From contig NC_057746.1 in assembly GCF_004010195.1 (NCBI RefSeq), positions 34,631,086 to 34,695,085 on the forward strand: a stretch of DNA of 64,000 bases. Reading direction: 5' to 3'. Of this stretch, positions 49,201 to 62,235 are shown in pieces. The stretch comes from Chiloscyllium plagiosum (lineage: Eukaryota). How positions within the stretch are numbered: the first letter of the stretch is position 1; each line of letters opens with the position of its first letter. Both the position numbers and the translations under genes were made by a program. Under the pieces are notes generated by a model. That model searched no databases and was not told where the DNA came from. It saw only the letters and a list, made by a program, of their open reading frames with translations.

Positions 49201-50835
49201 CAAGAGCCTTCCTCTGAAACTGGTTTGTTCTTTGGGATGTGTGATTGGAGAACGTTCTCTATTGGATTTCTTGAGTTTTGCGTGCCTGCCAGCCTCCAGA
49301 GACAGCCATGATTACTCAGTGCGTGCTAGAACATCAGCGTGGCAGAATTTGGGGCATTCTGCACTGTTTTTCTCTGAAGGCTAGGGAAATGCATTATTTG
49401 TCCCTTTTACCTTGGAATGTGGAAGGAGTCTTACTTATACCTCTGTACATGTTTGTTAACCAATCATCTCACCATCATTGTACAAGGTTTATCTTGGTAA
49501 TGTGCCAGTACTTGTGTTTATGAGGAAACCGGGTTGCTAGGTCCTAATGCAGAGAAAGTATTTCGTTGGTCATTGTGTTCACTGGGAAACTATATTTATG
49601 AGATGTTGTGACCTGTGGAGCAGTGGGATGAGAGCAATTGGGCCCTGCTCCAGCCTCCGATGTAACACAGTCACAAAGGGAGCAGCGATTGTGTGCTGTA
49701 AGGGTGTTGAATTCCACATGGAGTCTGGGAATCTGTCAAGTGCCCATGCGAGCAGGTGCAGGGCATTTCCTCACGCTCCAAGTTTCCCTTTGGATTTTGG
49801 ATCTTTATAAGTAGCTCTGTGCCTTAAGGAGGCAGGTCTCAATTGTGGGTTCTAACATTTCATTTACTGCCATATTATTTCATTGTTTTAACCTCAGCAA
49901 GTACCTCCCCAGGCTGCCATCAGTTCCCCAAACTACTGGAATCCGTGTTTGTCCAATCCTGTGTTTAATCCATTGGGATCCGTGTTTTTCCAGTCCCGTG
50001 TCCTTATGTTTGCAGACTGTACTGACTGCACTGTCTTGGCCTTCAATTGATTTTTTTTCCCAAAACTCCCTCTTTTTTTCTCGTGCGCTCTCTCTCCCTC
50101 CCTCGTTTTCCCAAGGAACTCGGTCAGTTTCTTCCCTGTGCTCTAGTGCCAGAGATGTCATTCTGATGGTGCTGTTGATGTTTGGCTGTGTTAAATGTCA
50201 GTGCAGAAAGCAGCAGGAAGCCATCTGTTCTGTGATGTCTATGGCAACTCTCTGCAAGACCTCTTCAACTGTCCTCCCCGCCCCCATTAACCCTGTAATT
50301 TGGCTTGGCCCCTTCGGGTGCCTACTCATTTCCATTTGAAAGTGCGTATATCTGCTTTGATCAACCCTTTGGCCAGTGCATTCCAGATCCGAACTGCCTG
50401 CTGCATTTACCACCACGGAACATTGCCCTTGTGTTCTTTTCCAGCTGCCTTATGTGATGTTCCCCTGCCATTTGGCCAAAAAGAGTGATATCCCCCTTTT
50501 CTGTGAGGTCATCAAAGGCTTTGACCTTTTTTCCTTCGGGAGAAATGATACAGGTCTGCCTTAATGATCCACGTAACTAAAGCATCTCTGCATCCAACTT
50601 TTCTGCACCCTCTTCTTCAAAGCCATCCTGTCCTTCCTCCTCCTGAGGACTGGGGGCGGGGGGTGGGTGTAAGGGAGAGCTGCAGCTAAAGGGGATGGGA
50701 GGGCAGAGTGGTGAAGTGGGGATAGGTGAACGCAGTTAGAGGGTACCACCTGGTTGGTCAATGGGAAGGATGAATCCGGCTAGTGACAGGGAGGGGAGGG
50801 GCTGGGATGGGAAGGGAGGTTATTTGAAATTAGCG

Positions 50836-52745
50836 AAAGTGGGTACTGCAGATGCTGGACATTAGAGTGCTGCTGGAAAAGCACAGTAGGTCAGGCAGCA
50901 TCTGAGGAACAGGAAAATCAACGTTTCGGGCAAAGGCCTTCATCAGGAATCATTTCTGACCAACAGGTCAACCCCCGAAACATTGATTTTCCTGCTCCTT
51001 GGATTCTGCCTGACCTATTGTGCTTTTCCAGCATTACTTTAATCTTGGCGATCTCCAGTGTTGAGTCCTTCGGGCTGGAGGCTGTCCAGGTGGAAGATAC
51101 GGTGTTCCTCCAACTTGCAGTCTGATTTGATGTGATAATGGAGGAGGCCAAGTATGGTCATGTTGGAAAGGGAATGGTATGGGGGATTAAAATGGCAGTG
51201 ACTGAGAGGTCTGGTTGGCCCCTGTGGGCCCACAGATGCTTGGTGAGCCATTTCCGAAGTTTACATTTGCTCTCCTATATGTATAGAAGACCACATTGGG
51301 CGCACCTGATACAGTAAACTAGGTTGGAGGAGAGGCAGGTAAACCTCTGTCTGACCTCGAAGGATTGTCCAGAGCCTTGGACAGAGCTGAGGGGAGTGGT
51401 GTACCGGCAGGTTTTGCATCTTTTCCGGTTGTAGGACAAGGTACCTGGGGGTTCAGAGGGGTCAGTGGGCAAAGTGGTTTGAACCAAGGACTGTCAACGG
51501 GAGTGGGCCTTGTGGAAGGCAGAGAGGGGTCAGGATGAGATGATGTTCCTGGTGGTGGGGTCTAGTTGGAGTTAGCACAAGTGTTAAAGGATGATGCGGA
51601 GATTGGTGGGGTAGTAGGTTACGATAAGGGGGACTCTGCCTTTATTGTGTTGGAGCGGGTTTAGAGCAGTGGAACGGGGAATGGAGGGAGTGCAGCAGAT
51701 TCCTGTCTGGATTACAGAGGGAGGAAGAAGTATGTTGTTCAAAATGGTGGGCTTTGGAAATACACGTGAGTGGAATGTCTCCTCGTCTGAGTGGAGGTGG
51801 AGGAATTGGGAGAACAGGATGGAGTTCTTGTAGGGTAGTCCAGATTGGTGAGAGTCAATGGGTTTATAGTAAACGACCATCTGGAGAGTGTCACCACAGA
51901 TGGAAATGGGGAGGTGAAGAAAAGGGGGTGGAGGTGTCCGAGATGGACCACGTGAATTTGAGGGCGGGGTGTGATTTGTGGGTGAAGTCGATGAGCCGCT
52001 CCATTTCAGCCTGGTTGCAGGACGCTGCACCAATGCAGTCATCGATGGAAGAGTGAAGGGACAGTACCTGTGTACGTACTAAAGAGGGACTGTTGGACAT
52101 AACCAACAAAGGCAGGCGTATCTGGGGCCCATCTGAGTGCCCATGGAGGGTACTGGTGGAGGGGGACCTGCTGGGTCTGTTGGAGAGGAAGAAGCGAAGG
52201 GCCTGGAGACCATCCTTGTGGGGTATGGATGTGTACAAGGACTGCACACCCACAGTGAAGAGAAAGTACTGAGGGCAGGGGAACTGGAAGTTAACTGAAG
52301 AGATGGAGGGCATGGTTGTTGTCACGGATGTAGGTGGGAAGTGCCTAAACCAAACTGGAAGGGGGATGGAGTCGAGGTTGGGCGAGGTGAGTTCAGTGGG
52401 GCAGGAGCGTGCGGAGGTGATGGGTCAGCCAGAGTAGTTGGGCTTGTGGACCTTGAGGAGCAGGTAGAACCAGGCAGTGCCAGGCTGGGGGCGACGAGGG
52501 CACAGACAGTGTGAGTGATTTTAGCCTGACAGGTCACCATAGGGTCATGGGCAAGGGGGAAGTAGGACATGGTGTCGGAGAGTTGGCTTTTGGCCTCTGC
52601 GACACAGGTCCGTTCTCCAGACTATGACTGACTGCCACGCCATTGTCAGCGGGTTTGATGGTGAACCAGGGATTGGCATGGAGAGGTTGGAGGGGGTGAG
52701 GTTGGATGGAGAAGTTGAGGTGGCTGATGTCACATCAGCAGGCAA
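50836..52745 (-). mobile_element. Penelope-like retroelement, degenerate RT and GIY-YIG, with inverted terminal repeat
   Basis: VQSLYTSIPHKDGLQALRFFL, IDDCIG, HPALKFTW, YYKPIDSH, RCKTC, SNLVYCIRCAQCGLLYI across several frames. Confidence 0.9.
50915..50951 (-). ncRNA. Minimal type I hammerhead motif at a Penelope terminus
   Basis: Minus strand attc-CTGATGA-aggcctttgccc-GAAA-CGTT-gatt, at the 3' end of the large Penelope copy; helix II imperfect. Confidence 0.55.
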
Positions 52746-52929
52746 TAATGAAGAGGTCTTGGGCGGGTTAAGGCTGAGCCAGAGCTGCTTATAAAATGTA
52801 TTTCTGGTACCCCATGCCACTGTTTATAAAACTCCATGTACCTGATGTCACTTAAGCAATTTCTCAGTCTACTGTGATATATGTCAGAAGCTGAGAATCC
52901 TGCAGTAGCTGACCCTGAAAGCCTGGCCT

Positions 52930-53550
52930 ACCATTGACAAGGTGTAGAAGTCCGGAATGGGATGGGATCCACTCTATTTGCCCAACAACAAGAAGTTTGA
53001 TAGCCTCCAAAACAAGCAACCCACTTTATCACCTTCAGCATCTACTCCCTCCTCCACTGAAACTCTCACTGACAGAAACTCACCAAACATCCCCTCTCTC
53101 CACCCCCCGACGCTCAGTAACAGCAGTGTGTACCATCTACAAGGTACCCTGCCGAAACTCAAAGACCCTCAGGCAGCACCTTCCAAACCCACGGCCACTT
53201 CCATCCAGAAGGACAAGGGCCAGCAGGTCCATGGGAACCCCACCCCCTGCAAGTTCCCCTCCGAGTTCCTCCCCATCCCGACTTGGAAATATATCGGCCG
53301 TTCCTTCAGTGGGGCTGGGTCCCAATCCTGGAATTCCCTCCCTAAGGAACATGTGGGTCTACCCCACAGCACATGGACTGCAGCGGTTCAAGAAGGCAGC
53401 TCACCCCCACCTTCTCAAGGGGGGCAACTAGGGACATGGGCAGTAAATGCAGCTCACCCCCACCTTCTCAAGGGGGGCAACTAGGGACAGGGCATGTAAA
53501 TGCTCAGCCCAGCCAGCAACACCCACATCCTGAGAGTGAATTAAATAAAA
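52930..53550 (+). mobile_element. LINE 3' end with duplicated tail
   Basis: AVCTIYKVPCRNSKTLRQHLPNPRPLP and WNSLP-type motifs; related copies at 1500-2010, 44915-45370, 54830-55330. Confidence 0.75.
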
Positions 53551-56249
53551 ACTGCAGAATGTCTGTCTGCATCTTTCTGGCCCTTGTGAGAGGCAGGTGT
53601 AGATATGCCCTCCAGCAGCGGTTTGGGTGAGGAGCAGTCAACCTTGGTCACCTCGTGCCGTTTACATAGCTGAGCCGAGATCATCTCCACACCCACCATC
53701 TCCATCTCTGAGCTGGCTTCAAGCCGTTCCCACCCACAACAGCCCGACAGTCAGATTTGCCTCTCCATGCTTCTGGTTGGAAGCCCAATCAATTGGGATT
53801 CTGATATCTTTGTACAGCTGATCACTGCCTGTGAGTGTCACTCTTTGCTTCGGCGGGGTGTGCGTTTACTAGACAGCCCGTCAACCCCTGCTCACAAGTA
53901 CATATTTAAAGCTGCTACTGCCTCTTTCCATGTTGCTCATTTCCCGGTCACCACCACTCATGAGAAGACAAATTCATTTCCAATATTGCCTCCCCTGGAT
54001 GTCTCCATTTACTAATTGCAAAGATCTGGCCTCTGGCCTGGTCGCTGAGCAGTTTTCTGCGGTTTGAATTTTCCTGTTGCTTTTTTTAGGGTCAGGGCTC
54101 AAGATGTTGGTGGTTTTTCTGTTCCGGGACTCTAACTGGCTCACTGAATGTGTGACAGAGAGAGAAGTGTGAAAATAGTGTGTCTGTGAGGCACAGAGCA
54201 AAAACTGACTTGTCCGTCTTCCCTCCCTCCCTTCCACAGTAGGCAAGGTTGGTGTCTGCTGCTCAGAGGGATGTTGGTGACGACATTTGGGCAATAATTT
54301 TGCAAGCATTTCCCCCCTCTGCTGAAAGAGGATGTGTGGTGGTGAGTTCAGTTATAGTGGTAAGGCTGGATTGACGGTCACACGGGAGCTATTGGGGAGG
54401 GTCTCCAATCATGCAGACCCCTGCTTTGAATTGCAGTCTGATTCGGATTCTGCAGCTGCTGCTTGCTGTGCTTCAGGTATCTTTTCCCCACCCTCACCCG
54501 CTGCACTCCAACTTGACGATCTGAACGAATTGAACAAAGAAATCTCAGCAATAAATGCTAATGATTGATCCAGATCTTGTTTAATTTCACTTCCGGGAGG
54601 AGATTGCCACCTCAGCGACGTTCCTGCTATCATCCAGCCGCACACCCTGATCTGATCGCAACATTGGAGATGCCGCGTCACAATTAGACTGACATTTCCG
54701 GCGAATCTGTGAAAAAGGAACATTGGTGGTGGGTCTGAAATTTACAAAAACAATCCCAATTCGTTATTTCCCCAAGTGCTTTGCAGCATGCTTCATTTTA
54801 ACTTGCTGACAGGGTGGGTGAGGGTGTTGCTACCTGGGCCCAGCAATCATTGCCCATCCCCTTTCCCGAGATGGTGAGCCACAGTTCTTGGGGAATAGGT
54901 TACACCTTGTCCTTCTGGATGGAAGTGGTCGTGGGTTTGGAAGTTGCTGCCTGAGGAGCCTTGGTGAATTTCTGCAGAGCATCGGTGGCGGAGGGAGTGG
55001 ATGTGGTGCCAATCCAGCGCGGGCTGCTTTCTCCTGGATGATGTCGAGTTTCTTGAGTATTGTTGGAGCTGTCCCCCTCCAGGGCAAGTGGGGAGTATTC
55101 CATCGCCCTCCTGACTTTGCTTTATAGACTCTGGGGAGTTACTCGCTGCAGGATTTCCAGCCTCTGACCTGTTCTGGTAGCCATGGTATTTTGGCTTACT
55201 CTGTTTCTGGTGAATGGTTATGCCCCCCTCAGGGTGGTACTAATGAGAGATTCAGTGATGGTCACACCATTGAATGTCTAAGGACAGTGGTGAGATTACC
55301 GGTTGGAGACCATCACAGTTTGGATGTTGTCCCTTGCTGCATATTGAAACTGAACATTGTATAATAGTCAGTAAACAGCCCCACTACTGCCCCCAGGAGG
55401 GTGGGGTGGAAGGTTACTGATACAGTTGCTGTAGATGGCTGCACCTGCAACCGTATCCAGAGGAAGTGCTTTTGTGGTGCAGTGATAGTGGCCTTTCCTC
55501 TGGGCCGGGGGGAGGGGTTCCAAGTCCCATGTGCTGCAGTGGTGTGTGATTACACCTCCTGAACAAGTTGAAGAAGACTATCTTCCCTGGGAAACGGCAG
55601 CGCTGACTTGCTGGAGCTTTGCTAGGTAGCCTCCACCAACCCAGCCTGTCTGCCGCATGTGAGGTCGAATCCAACTGCAGAGAGAGTCTTTCCCCTTTCC
55701 CGTTACTCAGGCTGCTTATCACCATACTCTGTTGAATGCTGCATCGATGTCACAGGCCTTCGAGTTGAGCAGCACCTCCATGTTGGTGAACTGGGCTCGA
55801 CCCTGAGGAGTCGACAGTGTCGTGCTGGGAAAAGCACAGCAGGTCAGGCAGCATCCGAGGAGCAGGAGAGTCGCGTTTCGGGTATAAGCCTTTCATTCGG
55901 AATGAGGCTTATGCCTGAAACATTGATTCTCCTCCTTCCCAGATGTGCTGTGCTTTTCCAGCACCACACTCTCGACTCTGATCTCCAGTACCTGCAGTCC
56001 TCACTTTCTCCCAGACACATGGAGGGGTGTTTTAAACTGTTAGATCAGTGTGAACCTGAGTGGAAGCCAAACACACTCTCGGGTCATAATCTAACGGAGT
56101 ACCACCAGTACATGTTCAAGGGGCTGAATGTTCAGCTCATGTCTCTGATGCTGCATTCCTGCTGCCTTTTGACTGGGTGGCTGGGAGCCTATAATCTGAC
56201 AGCCACAGTCAGACAACAGCTCACCAGGACAAAAGACCTGATACCCAGC

Positions 56250-56730
56250 ATGTGCACGACTAATTGTCATTTCCAGGTTTCCATGCAGAGACTGCACAAA
56301 ACACTGTCTGGGGCAAACAGGCAGACTAGCAATCCGCATCCACGAACACCAACTCACCAGGAAAACGCCACGACCACCTGGCCTGGGTAGTCAAGCGCAC
56401 ACAGATGGCAGTGTCCACAAATTCAACTGGGACATCACAACAATCATGTGACAAGCAAAACCGAGAATTCCTAGAAGCATAGCACTCCTCCACGGACCCC
56501 ATCAACATGCACGTAGACCGAGATCCAGTTTACCGGCCAGTCCAACAAACAACCGGAAACAGCAGGAACGGAACTGGATAAATTCCAGACACAGTACAGC
56601 AGCATTTCACAGGTAGCTCCAAAGCACTGAGCATGTCACCGGGACAGGACGAAATGTCTGCAAATCCGCTTCCCAGCTCAGCAAACATACCAACAACCAG
56701 CACCGCAGCTACAAGTCTTTCCACAAACCA
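56250..56730 (+). mobile_element. Penelope GIY-YIG 3' fragment of a second family
   Basis: Degenerate PCRDCTKH..GQTGRLAIRIHEHQL, terminal ctgagcatgtc...gacgaaatgtc hammerhead-like remnant. Confidence 0.7.
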
Positions 56731-58068
56731 TGATCTCCTGGTCTTCATTAAGAAGATTAGACGGGAGTCCTGTTTGAGTTGTTTTGATCACCCTCTGTCC
56801 CAAGGAGTATTTTTCATTACCCGTCATAAATGTGCCAGTCTTGCCCAGTTGCCTTCTGGGGGTATTGCCAGTGATTGCTGCAGATTTACTCCGACCTGTT
56901 GCATGTCTGCTCAGTTATCTTGCGTGTTTGAGGTGGTTTGGAGCCAGTGTTTCTGAAGGAATAAGCTTAGGTCACTATCGGTGTGTCACAGCTGACTATC
57001 AGGTGGCTGGCCGTATTAGTCAAACAGTTTAGATTGCTGCCACACCCCATTCACAGGATAACTCGCTGATGCAGTTCTGCGCAGGTGACCTTTGCTCCCT
57101 GCCCTCCGAGGCTGGGGTGCCGTTTTAACGTAGCCTTTTGAAGCTTCATGTTGAGTAACTGGCTTCCCCTTGGTTGTGATTGTGACGGGCTGCTGTCTTT
57201 CTGGAGCCAGGCAGCTCCCTTGTGTCTCAGACTGCCTGTTAGGTGAGTGAAGATGTTTCTGCTACACTCTCCCATACAGACCAGTTCTTAAAGAAAAAGG
57301 GATCAGGAACAGACTGTACAGTTCCTGAGCCCGCTGCCCTGTTCCTTAGGATCATAGCCGATCCACTGTTCACATTTCCACCCAATTCCCCCATCTCTCA
57401 AATTCCTTGTGCTCAGATTTATCAGCCTTGGGTTCAAATATAGCCAATCACGTGAGCTCCCACAACCAGTTTCCCACAGTTTATAACACTAGAGGTGAAA
57501 GCTCGGCTTCTCAGCTCGGAGCTAAATGGTCAATCCTTTTTCTTCCCAAGACCATGTCTGGATTCTTCACTGATGGGAACAGTAGCAGCTCAGTACCTCC
57601 CTTGTTTAACCCCTGTGTGCCTGTGCGTTTCAGTGCCCTAGTTTGTGTACCTGCTCAGTGAGTGTAGCTCCTCCAGGTTTCCCGGTCTGATCCCAGTCCC
57701 GTTGAGTCATCCAGGTTTCCAGCATTCACACAGGCCCTTCAGCCCAACTCACCCATGCCCGCCCAGTTTTCCCAATTTAAACTAGTCCCATTTGTCTGTG
57801 TTTGGTCCGTATCCCTCCGTCCCCTATCCCATCCATGTACCTGTCTAAATGTTTCTGAAATGATAAAATTGTACTGTCCACCACCACCACTACCTCTGGC
57901 AGCCTGTTCCAGACCCTCCCCACCCTCTGTGTGAAAAACATTGTCCCTGTGCACCCTTCTGTATCTCTCCCCTCAAACCCACGCCCTGTAGTTTTAGACT
58001 CCCCTACCCTGGGGAAACACTGTTTCCCACCTTCCTTATCTATGTTCCTCATGATTTTATAGACCTCT

Positions 58069-58708
58069 GGGCCAGACCACTCTCGACATTCTTAAGCAGG
58101 CAGCCCAGACCATAACTTTGCAACTTGTTTTGGTAAATGTACAGTGGAAATTACTCGGATTAAGTTAGCGAGGTTAACTACCAGGTTTAAAAGCGGTCAA
58201 AAAATTTATTCTGAAAATTACCCAATGAAACACTAAGAACAGAATACAGAACCCCTATAGAGCTCAGTCTATCCAAACTAGACTTTATTATGCTTTTCGA
58301 ATATACACAACAGTCCCAATAAGCAAATCCCCTTTAAAACCCAGTATCAATGGAACACGCTTACAGGTTGAAATTGATGGGCAGAAAGAGTGAGTGAGTT
58401 TCCACACAGCTTACTGTTGAATTCCCAACCAGTTCTGGACTGAACTAAAATTGCTCCGCTCAGTTAGAGAGCTGACCACTCCCCTTTCATTATACAGGTC
58501 ACTTCTAAAACATGATCCCTTTGGCCTGAGGTCTCATCTGTTTACATAGAAACAAAAGGCCTCTCAAAATCCTTTTCATTTCTACACCAAACCAGTCTAA
58601 TTGGAGCCCGGCCTGGTTTATTACCCGTCTGAACAAAAATCAAGGACAGAGTCTCCTTGAGCCAAGGAACAACTTTTAGTAAAAAAAAACGTGACTATCT
58701 TTGTGACC
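58069..58708 (-). mobile_element. Probable solo LTR inside a CR1 fragment (57730-59090)
   Basis: CCTCT duplicated on both sides; the CR1 tail resumes across the insertion. Confidence 0.55.
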
Positions 58709-59935
58709 CCTCTAAAAGATCATCCCTCTGTCTCCTACACTCCAGGGGAAAAATGTCCAGCCTCTCCTTATAATTCAAAACCTTCCAGTCCAAGTAGCAT
58801 CCTAGTAAATCTTTCCTGCACTCTTTCTGGTTTAATAATAACGTTTCTATAGGAGGGTGACCAGAGTTGCATGCTGTGTTTCCAATATGGCCTCACCCAT
58901 GTCTTGTACATCTGCAACATGACCTTCCACCTCCTGTACTCAGTGCTGTGACTGATGAAAGCAAGCATTCAGAAAGCAGCCTTGACCGCTCTGCCTACCC
59001 GTGGCTCCGTTTACAAGGAGCTGTGAACCTGTACTCTGAGATCTCCTCTTTGTTCGCTAACACTCCCCAGGGCCCTATCACTGACCAAAATGCAGCTGAC
59101 CTAAATTAATCTCCATCTGCTGTTCCTCGGCCCACTGGGGAGTGCGTACATCTTGCATTGGTGAGTTGAGGCAGGGTGATGGTGTGTTGTTGCCTTAATT
59201 ACTCTGTCAAGGCACTGCTCCAGTTGCTGACTGTGGATTGCTATTCCACTCAGACTGAAAGCTCGGCTGGATGAGTTGCTGTGCACCAGGGAGCTGTGCT
59301 GCAATCTATCTGCAGTATTCCCAGGAGACGGGTTGCAGTAAGGGTTAGCCTGTACATGCTGTCAGCTGCTCCTCAGATCCCTGAGAAAATGAGACTGTGA
59401 GTGTCTGTGTCTGTGTGTACATGCGTGCAAGTGAATGGGAGCGGGGGTTGGACGTACCAATTCAGTGTACAGAGTGATGCCTCAAGACACAAGGAGGGCA
59501 AAGAGGGATGCAGTTTGATGTGGAGGTGCCAGTGTTGGGCGGGGGTGGACAAAAGTTTAAAAATCACACAATGGCAGGTGACAGTCCAAAAGATTTCTTT
59601 AGAACTGCAAGCTTTCAGAACACCATTCCATCGTCAGGCAGAGCTAGCTCCCTGAGGCAGGAGCAGCACTCCAAATAAACCTGTTGGACTATAGCCTGGC
59701 GTTGTGGGCTGCAGTTTGCTCAGGGCTAGTGCTGAGTTTGAGTGGGAACTTCAGGCCCTGTGAAGTTGGGCAATTAGGGGCAGGCTGTAATCATTGGGGG
59801 GGGGGTGGCACAGGAGGTGCCACAAGGCGTTTGGTTTACCTGATCACTTGCTCACTCCCCCTCCCTCGCTCTCTGTTCCCCCACCTTCCTCCTCCTGCTT
59901 TTCTCGCCCCCCGCCCCCTTTCAGAGGATACGAAG

Positions 59936-60007
59936 ATGAGCAGCTCGGAGGAAGTATCATGGATCTCCTGGTTCTGCGGACTGCGAGGCAATGAGTTCTT
60001 CTGTGAG
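59936..60007 (+). CDS. CSNK2B: Casein kinase II beta subunit, first coding exon
   Basis: tttcag| then 11 nt of UTR, ATG; [24 protein letters not shown], donor |gtgggt. Confidence 0.97.
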
Positions 60008-60469
60008 GTGGGTTTCTGAGCGCGGCCTGGGTTAGTGGGTGCTGTGCAGTAAACCCTGCTATCCCGAGGCCAGGTAGCTGCAGCTTCATTCTCATGGAGA
60101 CTGAGCTCATTCCACTCACTGCTAGGGCCTCAGTACGCTCACCCATATACGTTCATCTGCACCGCAGGCTCAGCCCCGTTCCACTCCACCTCTCCTCCCC
60201 TCCCCTTGTTGGGAAGGAAGAGACCGGCTCTTGTTGCAGGAGTGGGACAGAGGCAAGAGGATCACGTTTCAAAGTGGGGGTTGGGGGAGGGTGTGGACAT
60301 GCCTCAGTTGGCTGGCAGGTTAACTCTGGTCAAGGTGTTGCTGTGGTGACTGCACGTTGGTTGTCTTTGAAAAATACATCTCCGGTAGGCGCACTGCCCA
60401 GCTACACTCGACTCCTTGACACTGACTGATGGTATCATCACTGCACTGTTATCCCAGGGATCCATGGTG

Positions 60470-60990
60470 ACTGAAAATTCCTACAGTGTCCTTGGACCCA
60501 ACAAGCCCACAATGACCCTCCGAAGAGTGACCCGCCCAGACTGACTCCCCTACCCCTGACTAATGCATCTAACCTGCACATCCCTGGGCACTATGGGACA
60601 ATTTCCCATGGCCAATCCACACTAACCTGCACATCCCTGGGCACAATGGGACAATTTCCCACGGCCAATCCACCCTAACCTGCACATCTTTGGACTGTGG
60701 GAGGAAACCGGAGCACCCGGACGAAACCCACACAGGCACGGGGAGAATGTGCACAATTCACACAGACTGTCTGCTCGAGGTTGGAATCGGACCCGGGTCC
60801 CTGGTGCCGTGAGGCAGCCGTGCCTGCACATCTTTGGACTGTGGGAGGAAACCGGAGCACCCGGACGAAACCCACACAGACATGGGGAGAATGTGCACAA
60901 TTCACACAGACAGTCTGCTCGAGGTTGGAATCGGACCCGGGTCCCTGGTGCCGTGAGGCAGCCGTGCTACCCCCTGAGCCACCGTGCCAG
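60470..60990 (-). mobile_element. HE1-type SINE with a duplicated ~143 bp head segment
   Basis: ctgcacatctttggactgtgggaggaaaccggagcacccgg occurs twice, plus two 53-mers. Confidence 0.85.
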
Positions 60991-61759
60991 TGTGATGTTG
61001 TGAGGACCTGGGTTTGAATCTGACCATGGCAGATGGTGGAATTGGAGTTGAGAATCTAACAATGATGATGAAATGGAGGGGAAGAATGGTTCCCTCCTGT
61101 CCTTGAGGGAAGGAAACTGCTGACTTTACCCGATCTGGCCTACCCGTGACTCCGGACGCACATCAATGTGGTTGATCTTTACTGCCCTCTGGGCCATTGG
61201 GGGTGGCCAATACTGGTCTAGAGAGCGATGCCAACATCCCACGAATGGATGTAAAGAAACAAATAGAGCATCCAGCAAGCATGATTGGCTGATGAGCAGC
61301 ATCCTTTTCTTGGGCAATGTAAATTGGTACAAAGTGCATCAACTGCACTAGCCTCATGACACAGCTGGTCGTTCCTCAAACATCCAATCAAATTTGAGAG
61401 GTAGGACTTGCTGCTAACACAGCCATGCAGCCTATCCCTGATCAAACCGTAACACTCAAGTGTAAGTTAATTCTCTCCTCCCAAATTATCATCCTTTCTG
61501 AAGAATGGAACCAAATTCACTATCCTCCAGTCCTCTGGCACCTCCCCTGTGGTCAGACGGGAGTTAAAAATTTGGGTCACAGCCCCTCTGATTTCCTCCC
61601 CCCTCTCCCACAGCAGCCTGGGATGCAACTCATCCCAGATCTGAGGATTTATCCAGTTTTAAACCTGCCTAAACCTCCACCACCACCTCGATCTCTGTGT
61701 CAAACTGCTCCAGAACTTGCTCAGTGCTGCTTTCCAAGTTCTGCACCTACAGAGAAAGG

Positions 61760-62235
61760 TGGTGTGCTACCTCAGCGGTTAGCACTCGTGCCTCACAGGA
61801 CCCAGGATCTGCGTTCGATTCCACCCTTGGGTGCTGTTCTCCAAGACAAATTATCTCCCCTTCTTTAGCTTGGCCATGGTGTGAGACAGTTGGGAAACCT
61901 GGTCACTATGCAGCTTTGGACCGAAGGGTCAGTTTCTGTGCTGTATGACTCTGATAGTATGTCTGCATGGAGTTAGCACATTCTGCCCACGTGTGTGTGG
62001 GTTTCCTCTAGGTGCTCCAGTTTCATTCCACAGACACCGATGTGCACATTAGAGTGAATTGGCCGTGCTAAATTAACCTGTGGTATCCAGGGATGGACAG
62101 ACTCGGTGGATGAGCCATGAGCAATGCGGGCTTACAGGGTTAGGCTAGGGGCTGGGTCTTGGGTGCGATGCTCTTCAGAGGGTCGGTGTGGACCCGATGG
62201 GCTGAATGGCCTGCTTCCAACTGTAGGGAATGTAT
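61760..62235 (+). mobile_element. Degenerate HE1-type SINE
   Basis: ctcagcggttagcact..gcgttcgattcc head; another copy at 62970-63220. Confidence 0.7.
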
